Below, in pieces: positions 18,323-27,671 of a DNA stretch of 34,412 nt (positions within the stretch are counted from its first letter, which is position 1; each line of letters begins with the position of its first letter). The position numbers and the translations under genes are program-made. The stretch spans positions 1-34,412 of the forward strand of contig JAAFKI010000123.1 in the NCBI GenBank assembly GCA_021399345.1, in the 5' to 3' direction. Source of the stretch: Candidatus Heimdallarchaeota archaeon. Lineage in GTDB: Archaea > Asgardarchaeota > Heimdallarchaeia > Heimdallarchaeales > Heimdallarchaeaceae. The notes beneath the pieces were generated by a model. That model saw only the letters and a list, made by a program, of their open reading frames with translations, was not told the origin of the DNA and did no database searches.

Positions 18323-20293
18323 CTAGATTTGTATTGATAGAAGCTTCTTAGATACTTCTTCTCTTGAGACAGTTTTCGATAGACTAGTTTTCTTAATGTT
18401 ACCAACTGTGTCTTCAAGTTTAACGACAGACATTCTAGAGGAAATAGTAGATTTAGCATGTTCAAGTTTTTTGAGCTCTATTGATTGTTTAGTAAGTGTT
18501 TCTTGCTGTTTTAGTAAATCCAAAACCGATTTATCTAAACCATTTTCTTGAGCTATTGTCTGAGCTTTAAGTAGTAGATTTTTTGCTGTTTCAATGTCTA
18601 GTTCAACTAGAGCTAATTGTGCCTTTAGACCTAATGTTTCAACTAATAAGAAATGTGATTTATTTTTTGTTGAAATTTCTTGCAGTTTGTTTACATATGT
18701 ATTGATTTTCACCAAACTATCAGGATTACTGGTTTCTTTCAAATCTATGAGAAGTAATTCACATAGGTTAAGTAAAACTTCAACAAGTACTGGATAAATA
18801 GCCTCTTCCTCAATCAGTTGTTCAAAAAGTAGTTCAGCTTTAATCCTATCCCGAGAATTACTACTTTCTTTGAGTATCAAAGCTTCAGAGAATTTGTGGT
18901 TTTGTTTAACATGTTCGTTATCAATTTCGTTGTTTATCAAATTGAGCGATTCAAAATAATCTTTTGCTTTAGTAACATTTCCTAATTCTACATTAAATTT
19001 AATGAGATATGACAAACTAGCAGCTTCACGTAGTTTATCACCAATTTTGCTTCTAATTTCTAAGCTCTTTTCAATTAATTCCAATCCTTTTTCTTTCATT
19101 CCCTTTTGCCAATAAATTATACCTTGATCGGAGAGTACCATTGATATTCCATGTTGATCACTTAACCCCATATGAATATGCATCAACTGTTCTAGATATT
19201 CTAGAGCTTTATCAAAATCACCTATTTGTATAAGAACAGCAGCAAGATCGGAAAGAATAAAATGCCAATTCTGAGGTCTTGCTTCATTTAATACCGAAAA
19301 TGCTTTGTCATAATACCCTAATGCTTTTTCAAAATTACCCATTAAGAAGTAAGCATATCCAATATTTTTTTGAACAAATGCAACACTTATTTTCCACCCT
19401 TCATTTTTGTAGATTTCTAGACTCTTATTATATCTGACTAAAGCTTCTTCATAATCTCCAGTTACCAAATGGTACAATCCAATTCTATTGTAGGTTCTAG
19501 CTGTCATGGATTTACTATCTAATTCTTCAACTATGAACAGGATTTCTTTGTTTATATCATAGTATTTCTTGTAATCGTTTAAAGTATAGTAAACGTCTGC
19601 TAATACTGATAAGGTATAAGCATAATAGGGTTTGTTTTCTGTACTTCTAGCGACTTCAACCATTTTTAATCTTGCTTCGAGTGATGCCTTAAGATCTCCC
19701 ATCCAATATTGAAATGCAGCTATATTATTCAAACTTCCTACTTGATACGTCTTTAAGTTGTTTTCTTCACAGAATCTTTCACATTTTATAATTAATTGCA
19801 AAGCTTTAGCTTTTTCTTCATCAGTTGAAATCTCACCAATGTAAGCTTTAAGGAATGGAACACTGCTTTCAAAAATATAATCAAGTGCCTTTAGTCTTAA
19901 ATAGAAAATTCCACTTATAGGTTTTAATTTCCTAAACTTAGGTCTTATATATTCAGATGTTTTGATATATTTTTCATAATTATTACTAGCTAAATAATTC
20001 ATTGCTAGAATCATATGTGCTCCAATTCTAAGATATTCATCATCTATCCCACCTACCTGTTGAACAACTTCCTCTGCTAGTTTCATTCCTTCCTCGAAAG
20101 TGTAGTAGTCAAGACCTATTTGGCTTAAACCAATTGTTGCTTCACTTTTGAATAACTTAAGGTATAGTTTGTCTTCTAAAGATAGATCTTTTCGTTCCAA
20201 CAGTTTATCTAATTCTGTTATTGTAGTAAAAAAGTCACCTAAAACTGCAGATTGTTGTAGTTTTTCAAATTCTTCTTTGATAGAGGTCGGCAT
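18323..20293 (-). CDS. Large tetratricopeptide-repeat protein
   Basis: Serial TPR helices (SLNNIA..Y..GD...L, TYNRIG..Y...GDYEEAL..Y.KSL, NIGYAYFLMGNFEKAL) and a helical C-terminal region. Confidence 0.9.
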   Translation of the reverse strand: MPTSIKEEFEKLQQSAVLGDFFTTITELDKLLERKDLSLEDKLYLKLFKSEATIGLSQIGLDYYTFEEGMKLAEEVVQQVGGIDDEYLRIGAHMILAMNYLASNNYEKYIKTSEYIRPKFRKLKPISGIFYLRLKALDYIFESSVPFLKAYIGEISTDEEKAKALQLIIKCERFCEENNLKTYQVGSLNNIAAFQYWMGDLKASLEARLKMVEVARSTENKPYYAYTLSVLADVYYTLNDYKKYYDINKEILFIVEELDSKSMTARTYNRIGLYHLVTGDYEEALVRYNKSLEIYKNEGWKISVAFVQKNIGYAYFLMGNFEKALGYYDKAFSVLNEARPQNWHFILSDLAAVLIQIGDFDKALEYLEQLMHIHMGLSDQHGISMVLSDQGIIYWQKGMKEKGLELIEKSLEIRSKIGDKLREAASLSYLIKFNVELGNVTKAKDYFESLNLINNEIDNEHVKQNHKFSEALILKESSNSRDRIKAELLFEQLIEEEAIYPVLVEVLLNLCELLLIDLKETSNPDSLVKINTYVNKLQEISTKNKSHFLLVETLGLKAQLALVELDIETAKNLLLKAQTIAQENGLDKSVLDLLKQQETLTKQSIELKKLEHAKSTISSRMSVVKLEDTVGNIKKTSLSKTVSREEVSKKLLSIQI

Positions 20294-20456
20294 TGTACAC
20301 CAATAACTTACTAAACAGAACTAGAATAAAACTTTTGCTTCTAAGAAAATTAAAATAAATACTAAGAATACGAATAATACTGAACTTATTTGTTAGGTTG
20401 CAAGTAACATTATAAAAAGAACTTAAACATTACATAATAGGGAATAAGAGGTTAAA

Positions 20457-21794
20457 ATGAGCGATGTAATAGTTGATAAAAATGCAACCTCAAAGATTTC
20501 TCTTGGTATTATAGCAAATAAGAGAAAGTATAAGCTAGATAACGCCGCAGAAGGCTTTAGTTTAATGTCTAGTAAAAAGATTTCATGTGTTTTTAGGATA
20601 TCTTGTACCTTAAAAGAAAGGGTAGATGTAAAGAAACTCCATGAAGCTCTAGCTAACATTCTTCCTCGTTTTCCCTATTTTAGAGTTAGCATAAAGAAAG
20701 GATTCATATGGGGAAAATGGATCACTAATCTATCAATTCCTGAAATTATGCCTGAAGGACAATATACTAACCAATATATTCCAATTGGACGAAAGAAACT
20801 CCTCTATAGAATATTAGTCAACCAAAATAGTATCGCTATAGAGTGTCATCACAGTTTAACAGATGGTTACGGAGGTTTAATTTTTCTTAATTCACTAATA
20901 GCTGAATATTTCAATATAAAGAAATTAGAAATCGATAATTGGGAGAATATCTTCAATTCCAAAAATGAACCAGGTTTTCAAGAATTTGAAAATGCTTTCG
21001 ATCAACATTATAAAAGAAAAGTGAAGAGAAAATCAACAAGATTTGGAAAAAGAAGCTTCAATTTACCATTTAAGACAGAACCTCCAGGAGTAATTCATAC
21101 CTCTAAAGTAACTGTTTCTGTGAAAGATGTCAAACAAAAAATCAAAGAGTTTAATGTTTCAATTACTGGATTTCTATCTGCTCTTTATATGGATTCTTTG
21201 CAATCAATACAAGAAGATATCTGCAAAAATAAAACTCGAAGAATGAAACCTATCCGTCTGAATGTTCCTGTGAACTTAAGAAGAGTTTTACCTTCAATAA
21301 CAATGAGAAATTTCTCTTTATGTGTAACACCAAATATTGATCCAAAAAAGGAACAACTTACTTTTAAAGAAATTGTTTTACAAGTCAATGATTGTTTAAA
21401 GAATAAGATTATTCCAGAAACATTTTATCAAATGATTGCACGAAATACCAAAAACTTGAGTTCACCAATTATGCAAATTGCACCTTTTCAAGTAAAGAGA
21501 TTCTTCGCAAGAAAAGGATATTATGTCTTCAGAACACCATATTATAGTGGCATTCTTACAAATCTTGGTCAAATTACTCTGCCAAAGAGCTTAACTGAAC
21601 GAATAGATAGTTATGATATTGTAATAGGTCCAGGTCCTGTAAACAAAGTAAGAGTTGGAGTAGCAAGTTTTGAGGACAATCTTGTTCTTACATTCAGCAG
21701 GGTAATAAAGGAACCGATTTTAGCTGAGGTTTTCTGCAAGAAACTAGGAGAACAAAATGTAGATTTCAATTTTGAACCATACAAGATTTCTTGA
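20457..21794 (+). CDS. Alcohol-acetyltransferase / condensation-domain-like CoA-dependent acyltransferase
   Basis: Catalytic HHxxxDG (CHHSLTDG), N-terminal KLDNAA..VFR, VPVNLR..S.TMRNF, LTNLG. Confidence 0.85.
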   Translation: MSDVIVDKNATSKISLGIIANKRKYKLDNAAEGFSLMSSKKISCVFRISCTLKERVDVKKLHEALANILPRFPYFRVSIKKGFIWGKWITNLSIPEIMPEGQYTNQYIPIGRKKLLYRILVNQNSIAIECHHSLTDGYGGLIFLNSLIAEYFNIKKLEIDNWENIFNSKNEPGFQEFENAFDQHYKRKVKRKSTRFGKRSFNLPFKTEPPGVIHTSKVTVSVKDVKQKIKEFNVSITGFLSALYMDSLQSIQEDICKNKTRRMKPIRLNVPVNLRRVLPSITMRNFSLCVTPNIDPKKEQLTFKEIVLQVNDCLKNKIIPETFYQMIARNTKNLSSPIMQIAPFQVKRFFARKGYYVFRTPYYSGILTNLGQITLPKSLTERIDSYDIVIGPGPVNKVRVGVASFEDNLVLTFSRVIKEPILAEVFCKKLGEQNVDFNFEPYKIS

Positions 21795-21969
21795 ACGCTG
21801 CATACAGCTGTTAATATTAAAAAAAAATAGAAAAACAAACCCTTGAAGAGAAACTCAATCAAGAATATGTTACACAATTTGGTTTAACTACAAAATTGTC
21901 ATAGATAAACCTTTAATATTACGGACAATTGACGGTTTTTTAGAATCCTATCTTTGTTAGGTGAAAATT

Positions 21970-23340
21970 ATGAGTGAAAAACAACTTACAAAAGAAGAAT
22001 TATTAGCAAAAGCTGAAAAACCTGCAAAAGACGCTTTGAAACTTCATCCTTTCTACCAAGGGAAGATTCAAGTTGTACCTAAATGCAGTATTTGGGATTT
22101 TTCGGCCTTTGGAGTTTGGTATACTCCTGGAGTAGCAGCAAGCTGTAGAGCTATAGCAGATGATCCAGCTGAATCATTCAAACAAACTAATCGTGCTAAT
22201 ACAATCGCAGTAGTAAGCGATGGTACTCGTGTTCTCGGACTTGGTGACATCGGTCCAGCGGCTGGGCAACCTGTCATGGAAGGAAAAGCATTGCTCTTCA
22301 AATACCTTGGAGGTGTTGATGCAGTCCCATTAAGCATAGGAATGACCAATGAAAGACCAAGTGCAGAAGAAATAATTAATTTTGTAAAATTAATTCAACC
22401 TTCATTTGGAGGTATTAATCTAGAAGATATTTCTAAACCAAAATGCTACAAAGTTCTTGAGACTTTAAGAAATGATCCAGAAATAACAATACCTGTTTGG
22501 CATGATGATGCGCAAGGTACCGCCTCTGTTGTCACAGCTGGTGTTATTGGAGCATCTAAACACGTTGGTAAGGAGCTTGATCAAATTAAAGTTGCTATGT
22601 TGGGTGTTGGTTCCGCTAACACTCGAACTGCTTACGTTCTAGAATCTGCTGGTGTTCCTCTAAAAAACATAATCATGGCTGATTCTAAAGGTATTATCAC
22701 TAAAGATCGTCCTGACATTATTAAGGGTAAAGACTATGATACTTTCAAGTATGACTTAGCTCAAAAAACCAATGCTGAAGGTTTAGCTGGAGGTTTTGGT
22801 GAGGCTATGAAAGGTGCTGATGTTATGATTTCAGCTTCCAAATCTGAACCAGGAACTGTTAAGTCTGAATGGATTTCTACTATGGCATCTGACAGTATCG
22901 TATTTGCTTGCGCTAATCCACTTCCAGAAATTTATCCCTGGGATGCAAAGGAAGCTGGTGCTAGAGTTATGGGTACAGGTCGCAGTGATTTTGATAACCA
23001 GATCAATAACAGTCTTGGTTTTCCAGGTATTTTTAGAGGTACTCTTGATGTTAACGCTTCTACCATCACCGACGAGATGTGTGTAGCAGCTGCTCAAGCT
23101 ATTGCTGATATTGCCATTAAGAAAGGTCTCAGAGACGATTATGTCATTCCAACCATGGACGACTGGGAGATTTTCCCCTACGTAGCATCTAAAGTAGGTA
23201 TGAAAGCTATTGAACTAGGTGTTGCTCGTAAAGTTTATGAGGAAGACGAACTTTACAAAATGGCTCAAGAGAGAATCAAGTATGCTCGAGATCTTACCAA
23301 GAGTATGATGGATACTGGTTTCATTAAACCAAAAATCTAA
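21970..23340 (+). CDS. mae: NAD(P)-dependent malic enzyme
   Basis: [74 protein letters not shown] at 21959-21964 favours ATG 21970 over GTG 21961. Confidence 0.95.
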   Translation: MSEKQLTKEELLAKAEKPAKDALKLHPFYQGKIQVVPKCSIWDFSAFGVWYTPGVAASCRAIADDPAESFKQTNRANTIAVVSDGTRVLGLGDIGPAAGQPVMEGKALLFKYLGGVDAVPLSIGMTNERPSAEEIINFVKLIQPSFGGINLEDISKPKCYKVLETLRNDPEITIPVWHDDAQGTASVVTAGVIGASKHVGKELDQIKVAMLGVGSANTRTAYVLESAGVPLKNIIMADSKGIITKDRPDIIKGKDYDTFKYDLAQKTNAEGLAGGFGEAMKGADVMISASKSEPGTVKSEWISTMASDSIVFACANPLPEIYPWDAKEAGARVMGTGRSDFDNQINNSLGFPGIFRGTLDVNASTITDEMCVAAAQAIADIAIKKGLRDDYVIPTMDDWEIFPYVASKVGMKAIELGVARKVYEEDELYKMAQERIKYARDLTKSMMDTGFIKPKI

Positions 23341-23390
23341 AACTCTTTTTTCTTTTCTCTCTTTTTATTTCCTTTCCTTTAGCCTTTTTC
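23341..23390 (+). terminator. Pyrimidine/T-rich archaeal terminator after malic enzyme
   Basis: CTCTTTTTTCTTTTCTCTCTTTTTATTTCCTTTCCTTT begins a few nt after the stop codon. Confidence 0.7.
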
Positions 23391-23429
23391 AAAGAACTTA
23401 TATTGGAATTTTGGTATATTTTTACTAGA

Positions 23430-25316
23430 ATGTCTGATAAGCATACAATTACCGATTTCGAGGAATTCTTCGATATCACCCCTATGTCTATTATTATAAT
23501 TCAGGACATTCACAAAATTGTTTATGCTAATCGTACTTTCTTTGATTCTACTGGTTATACTTTCGAAGATCTAGATGATACTACCCTTACCGATCTTATT
23601 CATGAAGATGATCGTTCTATTATTCAAGAACGGATAAAGATTCTTGAATCAGGTGGGAAGCCTGAGGAAACCATGCAGCTACGTATTGTTTCTAAGGATG
23701 GTACCGTTGCTCTTTCCAGGATTTCTGCTAACGATATTACATTCAACGATAAGTCTTCTAGAATCTTAACAGGAATAAATATCAGTGCTCAACCACTTAT
23801 TGAGCAGTCGCCTGAGCTTGTTTCTTCATTACTCCAAACTCTTACTACCCACAGCAAACTTGGATTCTGGGTTGATGATATTAATGATCACACCGTTTTC
23901 ATAAATGATAGAATGTGTGAGTATCTAGGTTATCCACTTGAGGAAATAAGAACTCGTTCTGTAACAGACTTCTTCCATCCTGATTCGCAAGAGCTTTATT
24001 ATCAGGTTTTAAAGGAAAGAACTGAAGGAAAGTTAACATCCAGCTCCTATGAGCTCGTTTTAATCAACAAAGAGGGACGTCCTAATACTTACCGAGTCGT
24101 TGGTTCTTTGTTATATGATAGATATGGAACACCTATTGGTTCTGTTGGTTTTTTCACTAATATTGAAGCAACAAAGAAGCTATCTCTAACTGTTTCTGTT
24201 CTTAACAAATATGCGCTTTTCTCTAGATTTAAAGACTTATCTTCTTTCTGGGAAAACGTTTTGATTGACTTATCAGCTATTTATCATGCAGACGGAGGAA
24301 TGATCTTTCTAGATGGAGAAGTACTAGCGAAACAAGGAAACTTTGCTAAAAACTTTAATCCTCAAGATATCTTGGAAGATATAGCCAAGAAAGGAGAAAA
24401 CATCACCCATTGTCAGGGATCTTGTAAGCACACTTCTGAAGAAACTAATTCAGCAGTTATCTCAGTTTTACATTTAAATCAACTTCCTGCAGGATTTATA
24501 ATGTTAACTTCTAAAATAGAAAATCTATTCTACCCAGAAGATCTTGATCTAATTTTAGCTTTTTCCAGTCAAATTTCTCTTAATTATGAGCATCACTTTT
24601 TATATCTTCAAAGTGAGGAAGAAAGAGATTTTGTATCTATCCTTTTGGACATACTCTCACATGATTTTCTCAATGCAAATACTTCTGTTCATGGTTATCT
24701 TGAATTATTGAATCAATATGTTGATACAAAAGATACTGAGAAATTCAAAAGCTACATTAAAAGGAGCATGAGCGTTGTTGAAAGAAGTGAAAGAATTCTT
24801 CAAACTGTTCAGCAGTTAACAAAAATACAAAAAGAAAGAAAAATTAGAAAGACAGTAACTATTAGACCAATTTTAGACAATGCTATTGATGTTCAAAAAT
24901 CAATGTTTTACGACAAAGAAGTAGATGTTAAAGTTACTTGTAGTAAGAATCTCAAAATAATTGCAGGAGATTTACTACAGAATGTATTTGAAAACATAAT
25001 AAGTAATGGAATTAAGTACACTTATGATAAAGAAGTAAAACTAGAAATTGAGTGTATAGAAATACAAGAAGAAGATGAACAATTAGTTGAAATAAAATTC
25101 ATTGACTATGGGATGGGGATTCCTGATAAAGACAAACCGTTGTTCTTTAAAAGACTATCACGAGGAGATAACCGTTTTCAATCAGGTTCCGGTCTAGGTT
25201 TATACATGGCAAGAGTTCTCATTAATTCCTATAATGGTATCATTCGTTTTGAAAACAGGATACAAGATGATTATACCAAGGGCTCAGCAGTAATAATAAC
25301 ACTTCCAAGAGGTTAA
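23430..25316 (+). CDS. PAS-PAS-(GAF-like) sensor histidine kinase
   Basis: Two PAS domains, H-box ILSHDFLN, N-box ENIISNGIKY, G1 DYGMGI, G2 GSGLGL. AAAGAAC-TTATAT promoter at ~23391-23403 favours ATG 23430 over TTG 23403. Confidence 0.92.
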   Translation: MSDKHTITDFEEFFDITPMSIIIIQDIHKIVYANRTFFDSTGYTFEDLDDTTLTDLIHEDDRSIIQERIKILESGGKPEETMQLRIVSKDGTVALSRISANDITFNDKSSRILTGINISAQPLIEQSPELVSSLLQTLTTHSKLGFWVDDINDHTVFINDRMCEYLGYPLEEIRTRSVTDFFHPDSQELYYQVLKERTEGKLTSSSYELVLINKEGRPNTYRVVGSLLYDRYGTPIGSVGFFTNIEATKKLSLTVSVLNKYALFSRFKDLSSFWENVLIDLSAIYHADGGMIFLDGEVLAKQGNFAKNFNPQDILEDIAKKGENITHCQGSCKHTSEETNSAVISVLHLNQLPAGFIMLTSKIENLFYPEDLDLILAFSSQISLNYEHHFLYLQSEEERDFVSILLDILSHDFLNANTSVHGYLELLNQYVDTKDTEKFKSYIKRSMSVVERSERILQTVQQLTKIQKERKIRKTVTIRPILDNAIDVQKSMFYDKEVDVKVTCSKNLKIIAGDLLQNVFENIISNGIKYTYDKEVKLEIECIEIQEEDEQLVEIKFIDYGMGIPDKDKPLFFKRLSRGDNRFQSGSGLGLYMARVLINSYNGIIRFENRIQDDYTKGSAVIITLPRG

Positions 25317-25320
25317 AGAA

Positions 25321-25686
25321 ATGGCAACAATATTCATAATAGACGATGAAGAAACTATTCAATTCCTCTATAAGGAAGGATTATCTCTTGAAGGTCATAA
25401 GATTATAGGAACTGCACATGATGGCTCAAAAGCTATTGAATTTATTACTAAATTGAAAAAGTATCCTGATGTTATTATCCTTGATCACAGAATGCCAATT
25501 AAAAATGGTTTAGATACTTTAAAAGAGATGAGACAGTACAAGATTATAGCAAAAACTAAAATTCTTTTTATTACAGCAGATCCTACTGTCAGAGAGGAAG
25601 CTAGTAAGCTCGGAGTGACTTCCTTCATCCAAAAACCATTCAGCATTATAAAATTAGGTAAGATGATTAGTGAAATTGTTCAATAA
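25321..25686 (+). CDS. Stand-alone CheY-like response regulator
   Basis: IIDDE, ILDHRMP, FITA, QKPF; 4 nt after the kinase stop. Confidence 0.93.
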   Translation: MATIFIIDDEETIQFLYKEGLSLEGHKIIGTAHDGSKAIEFITKLKKYPDVIILDHRMPIKNGLDTLKEMRQYKIIAKTKILFITADPTVREEASKLGVTSFIQKPFSIIKLGKMISEIVQ

Positions 25687-25773
25687 CTTATCTAAGAATT
25701 TTAACTGTTATTACTACTTTTGATAAAAGAACAATATTTTTATTTCATGACTATTTGTAATAGGTGAGGAAAG

Positions 25774-26760
25774 ATGTTACTATTAGGTCCAACAGAAGAT
25801 TTAGAAGAAGAGGAAGAAAAGAGAGAGGGTCCTGTTGAAAAAGATTTAGGTATAATTGGACTTGGTCCTGCAGGTTTTACTGCTGCACTCTATGCATCTA
25901 GAGCTGGTTTATCAGTAGTTGAAGTAGGTCTAGATTATGGAGGACAAATGGGTTTAGCTATGGAAATAGAAAACTATCCTGGTTTCGAAATGATTACAGG
26001 GCTTGAACTTGCAGATAAGATGAAGGCTCAAGCTGAAAAATTTGGTACAAAAATAGTCTATGGAGAAGTTTCTGCTACAGAAAAACTAGAGGACGGCAAA
26101 TTCTTTATTAAGAGTGATATGGGAGATTTTATCGTTAAAGCCCTGGTTCTTGCAACAGGCGGTAGGCACAGAGAACTAGGAGTACCTGGAGAGAAGGAGT
26201 TTATCGGTAAAGGTGTTTCTTACTGTGCTACATGTGATGCAGCTTTCTTTAAAGAAAAAACTGTCATAGTAGTTGGATCAGGAGACGCTGCAGCAACAGG
26301 AACATTAGCTCTAAGTGATGTTGGAGCTAAGATGACTTATTGGGTTTCAAGATCAGATTATCTCAAATGTGAAAAAATCTACATTGACAGAGCAAAAGAA
26401 CGCAGTAATATAGCTATTCTTTACAAAAAGCAAGTCACTGAAATTAAAGGTACTAACACAGTAGAAGAGGTTCTCTTTAGTGATGGAACTTCTCTGAAAG
26501 TTGATGGCATTTTCGCTGAAATTGGAGCCATCCCAAACATCGAACTAGCAGAATCTCTAGGATGTGAAATCGATGAGGGTTTAATCAAGATTGATGATGG
26601 TTGTCGCACGAACATTGCAGGGGTGTTTTCTGCTGGTGATGTGACAAGTAAAATAGTTAATCCACTTATGAGGCAGATTACTACATCAACAGGTTTAGGT
26701 ACAATTGCAGCTCTTAGTGCTGCAGAATATCTACAAGGATTAAAAACAAAACAATATTAG
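25774..26760 (+). CDS. trxB: Thioredoxin reductase-like flavoprotein
   Basis: GLGPAG, ENYPG, ATG, GVSYCATCD (CxxC), FSAGD; AGGTGAGG SD. Confidence 0.88.
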   Translation: MLLLGPTEDLEEEEEKREGPVEKDLGIIGLGPAGFTAALYASRAGLSVVEVGLDYGGQMGLAMEIENYPGFEMITGLELADKMKAQAEKFGTKIVYGEVSATEKLEDGKFFIKSDMGDFIVKALVLATGGRHRELGVPGEKEFIGKGVSYCATCDAAFFKEKTVIVVGSGDAAATGTLALSDVGAKMTYWVSRSDYLKCEKIYIDRAKERSNIAILYKKQVTEIKGTNTVEEVLFSDGTSLKVDGIFAEIGAIPNIELAESLGCEIDEGLIKIDDGCRTNIAGVFSAGDVTSKIVNPLMRQITTSTGLGTIAALSAAEYLQGLKTKQY

Positions 26761-26812
26761 TTCAAAAAAAGATAAGAAAAGGAAATTTTCCTTACTTTTT
26801 TCTCTCTTTGGA
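26761..26812. terminator. Bidirectional terminator-like element between convergent genes
   Basis: A-tract, AAGGAAA-T-TTTCCTT inverted repeat, then T-tract. Confidence 0.5.
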
Positions 26813-26840
26813 ACTACTATTTTAAAAAATGAAGAAAGGA

Positions 26841-27662
26841 TTATAACTCCTTCAAAGTCATGCCTTGCTTTTCAAGCACTTCTAGAAGCCCGTCAAATAA
26901 TTGTACTTGAAAATGTAATGCTACTGGATGTTTAATATTTATCAAAACACTACTAAAATCATCTATTGGTGGAAGCAACATATTCATAGAGGAACAGGAT
27001 TTCTTCCCAAAATCAACATCTGTATAAAACATTGTTGGCCTTTTTGCTAATAACCCACTGAAACCCTCTGTACTCATCAACTTCTTGATTGGAGGGATTC
27101 TGAGAATTTTCTCATTTGTTGTAAGTTGCAAAATTTCAATTCTAGAATTTTCTTTTTGTCGATCATTAAACAAGCGAAAAATAAGCTCTTCATCAATTCC
27201 GTTTACTGTTACAATTATGATATTCTTCTGTACTTTATCCACGACTGTTTTTAATCCAGCAAAAACAGTTTTCTTACCTTCATAATAAGAGAATAAATCC
27301 TCAACTTGTCTTTCTTTTTCCTTTTCCTTAACAACTTTAAAGTAGTTATTAGCTGCTTTGATTTTTGCTAAAATTTCATTTTCAAGTGTTTCCATCACAA
27401 TTTCATATGGTACAGCTGTAAAAGTATCGGGTATTCCTTCTTTCTCTTGTCTAGTTACAAAAGTACGTTTGATTAAGTCTTTCAAATAACCATATACTTT
27501 TGGTTGTAGAACACCTGCTTCACTCGCTATCGTAGAAGCATGTGTAGGACCTTCACCAACCAACCAAGTGTAAATCTTAGCTTCTCCTAAGGACAATTCT
27601 AAACTCGTTAAAGCTTTAATTGCTTTTTCTCTGGAGAATGAAGAGGAGGTATTTTTATTCAT
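26841..27662 (-). CDS. TrmB family transcriptional regulator
   Basis: N-terminal wHTH (LSLGEAKIYTWL..GP..ASTIA..AGV.QPKVY..L..L); GAGGTGG SD; last gene of the ABC operon. Confidence 0.88.
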   Translation of the reverse strand: MNKNTSSSFSREKAIKALTSLELSLGEAKIYTWLVGEGPTHASTIASEAGVLQPKVYGYLKDLIKRTFVTRQEKEGIPDTFTAVPYEIVMETLENEILAKIKAANNYFKVVKEKEKERQVEDLFSYYEGKKTVFAGLKTVVDKVQKNIIIVTVNGIDEELIFRLFNDRQKENSRIEILQLTTNEKILRIPPIKKLMSTEGFSGLLAKRPTMFYTDVDFGKKSCSSMNMLLPPIDDFSSVLINIKHPVALHFQVQLFDGLLEVLEKQGMTLKEL

Positions 27663-27671
27663 AAATCCACC

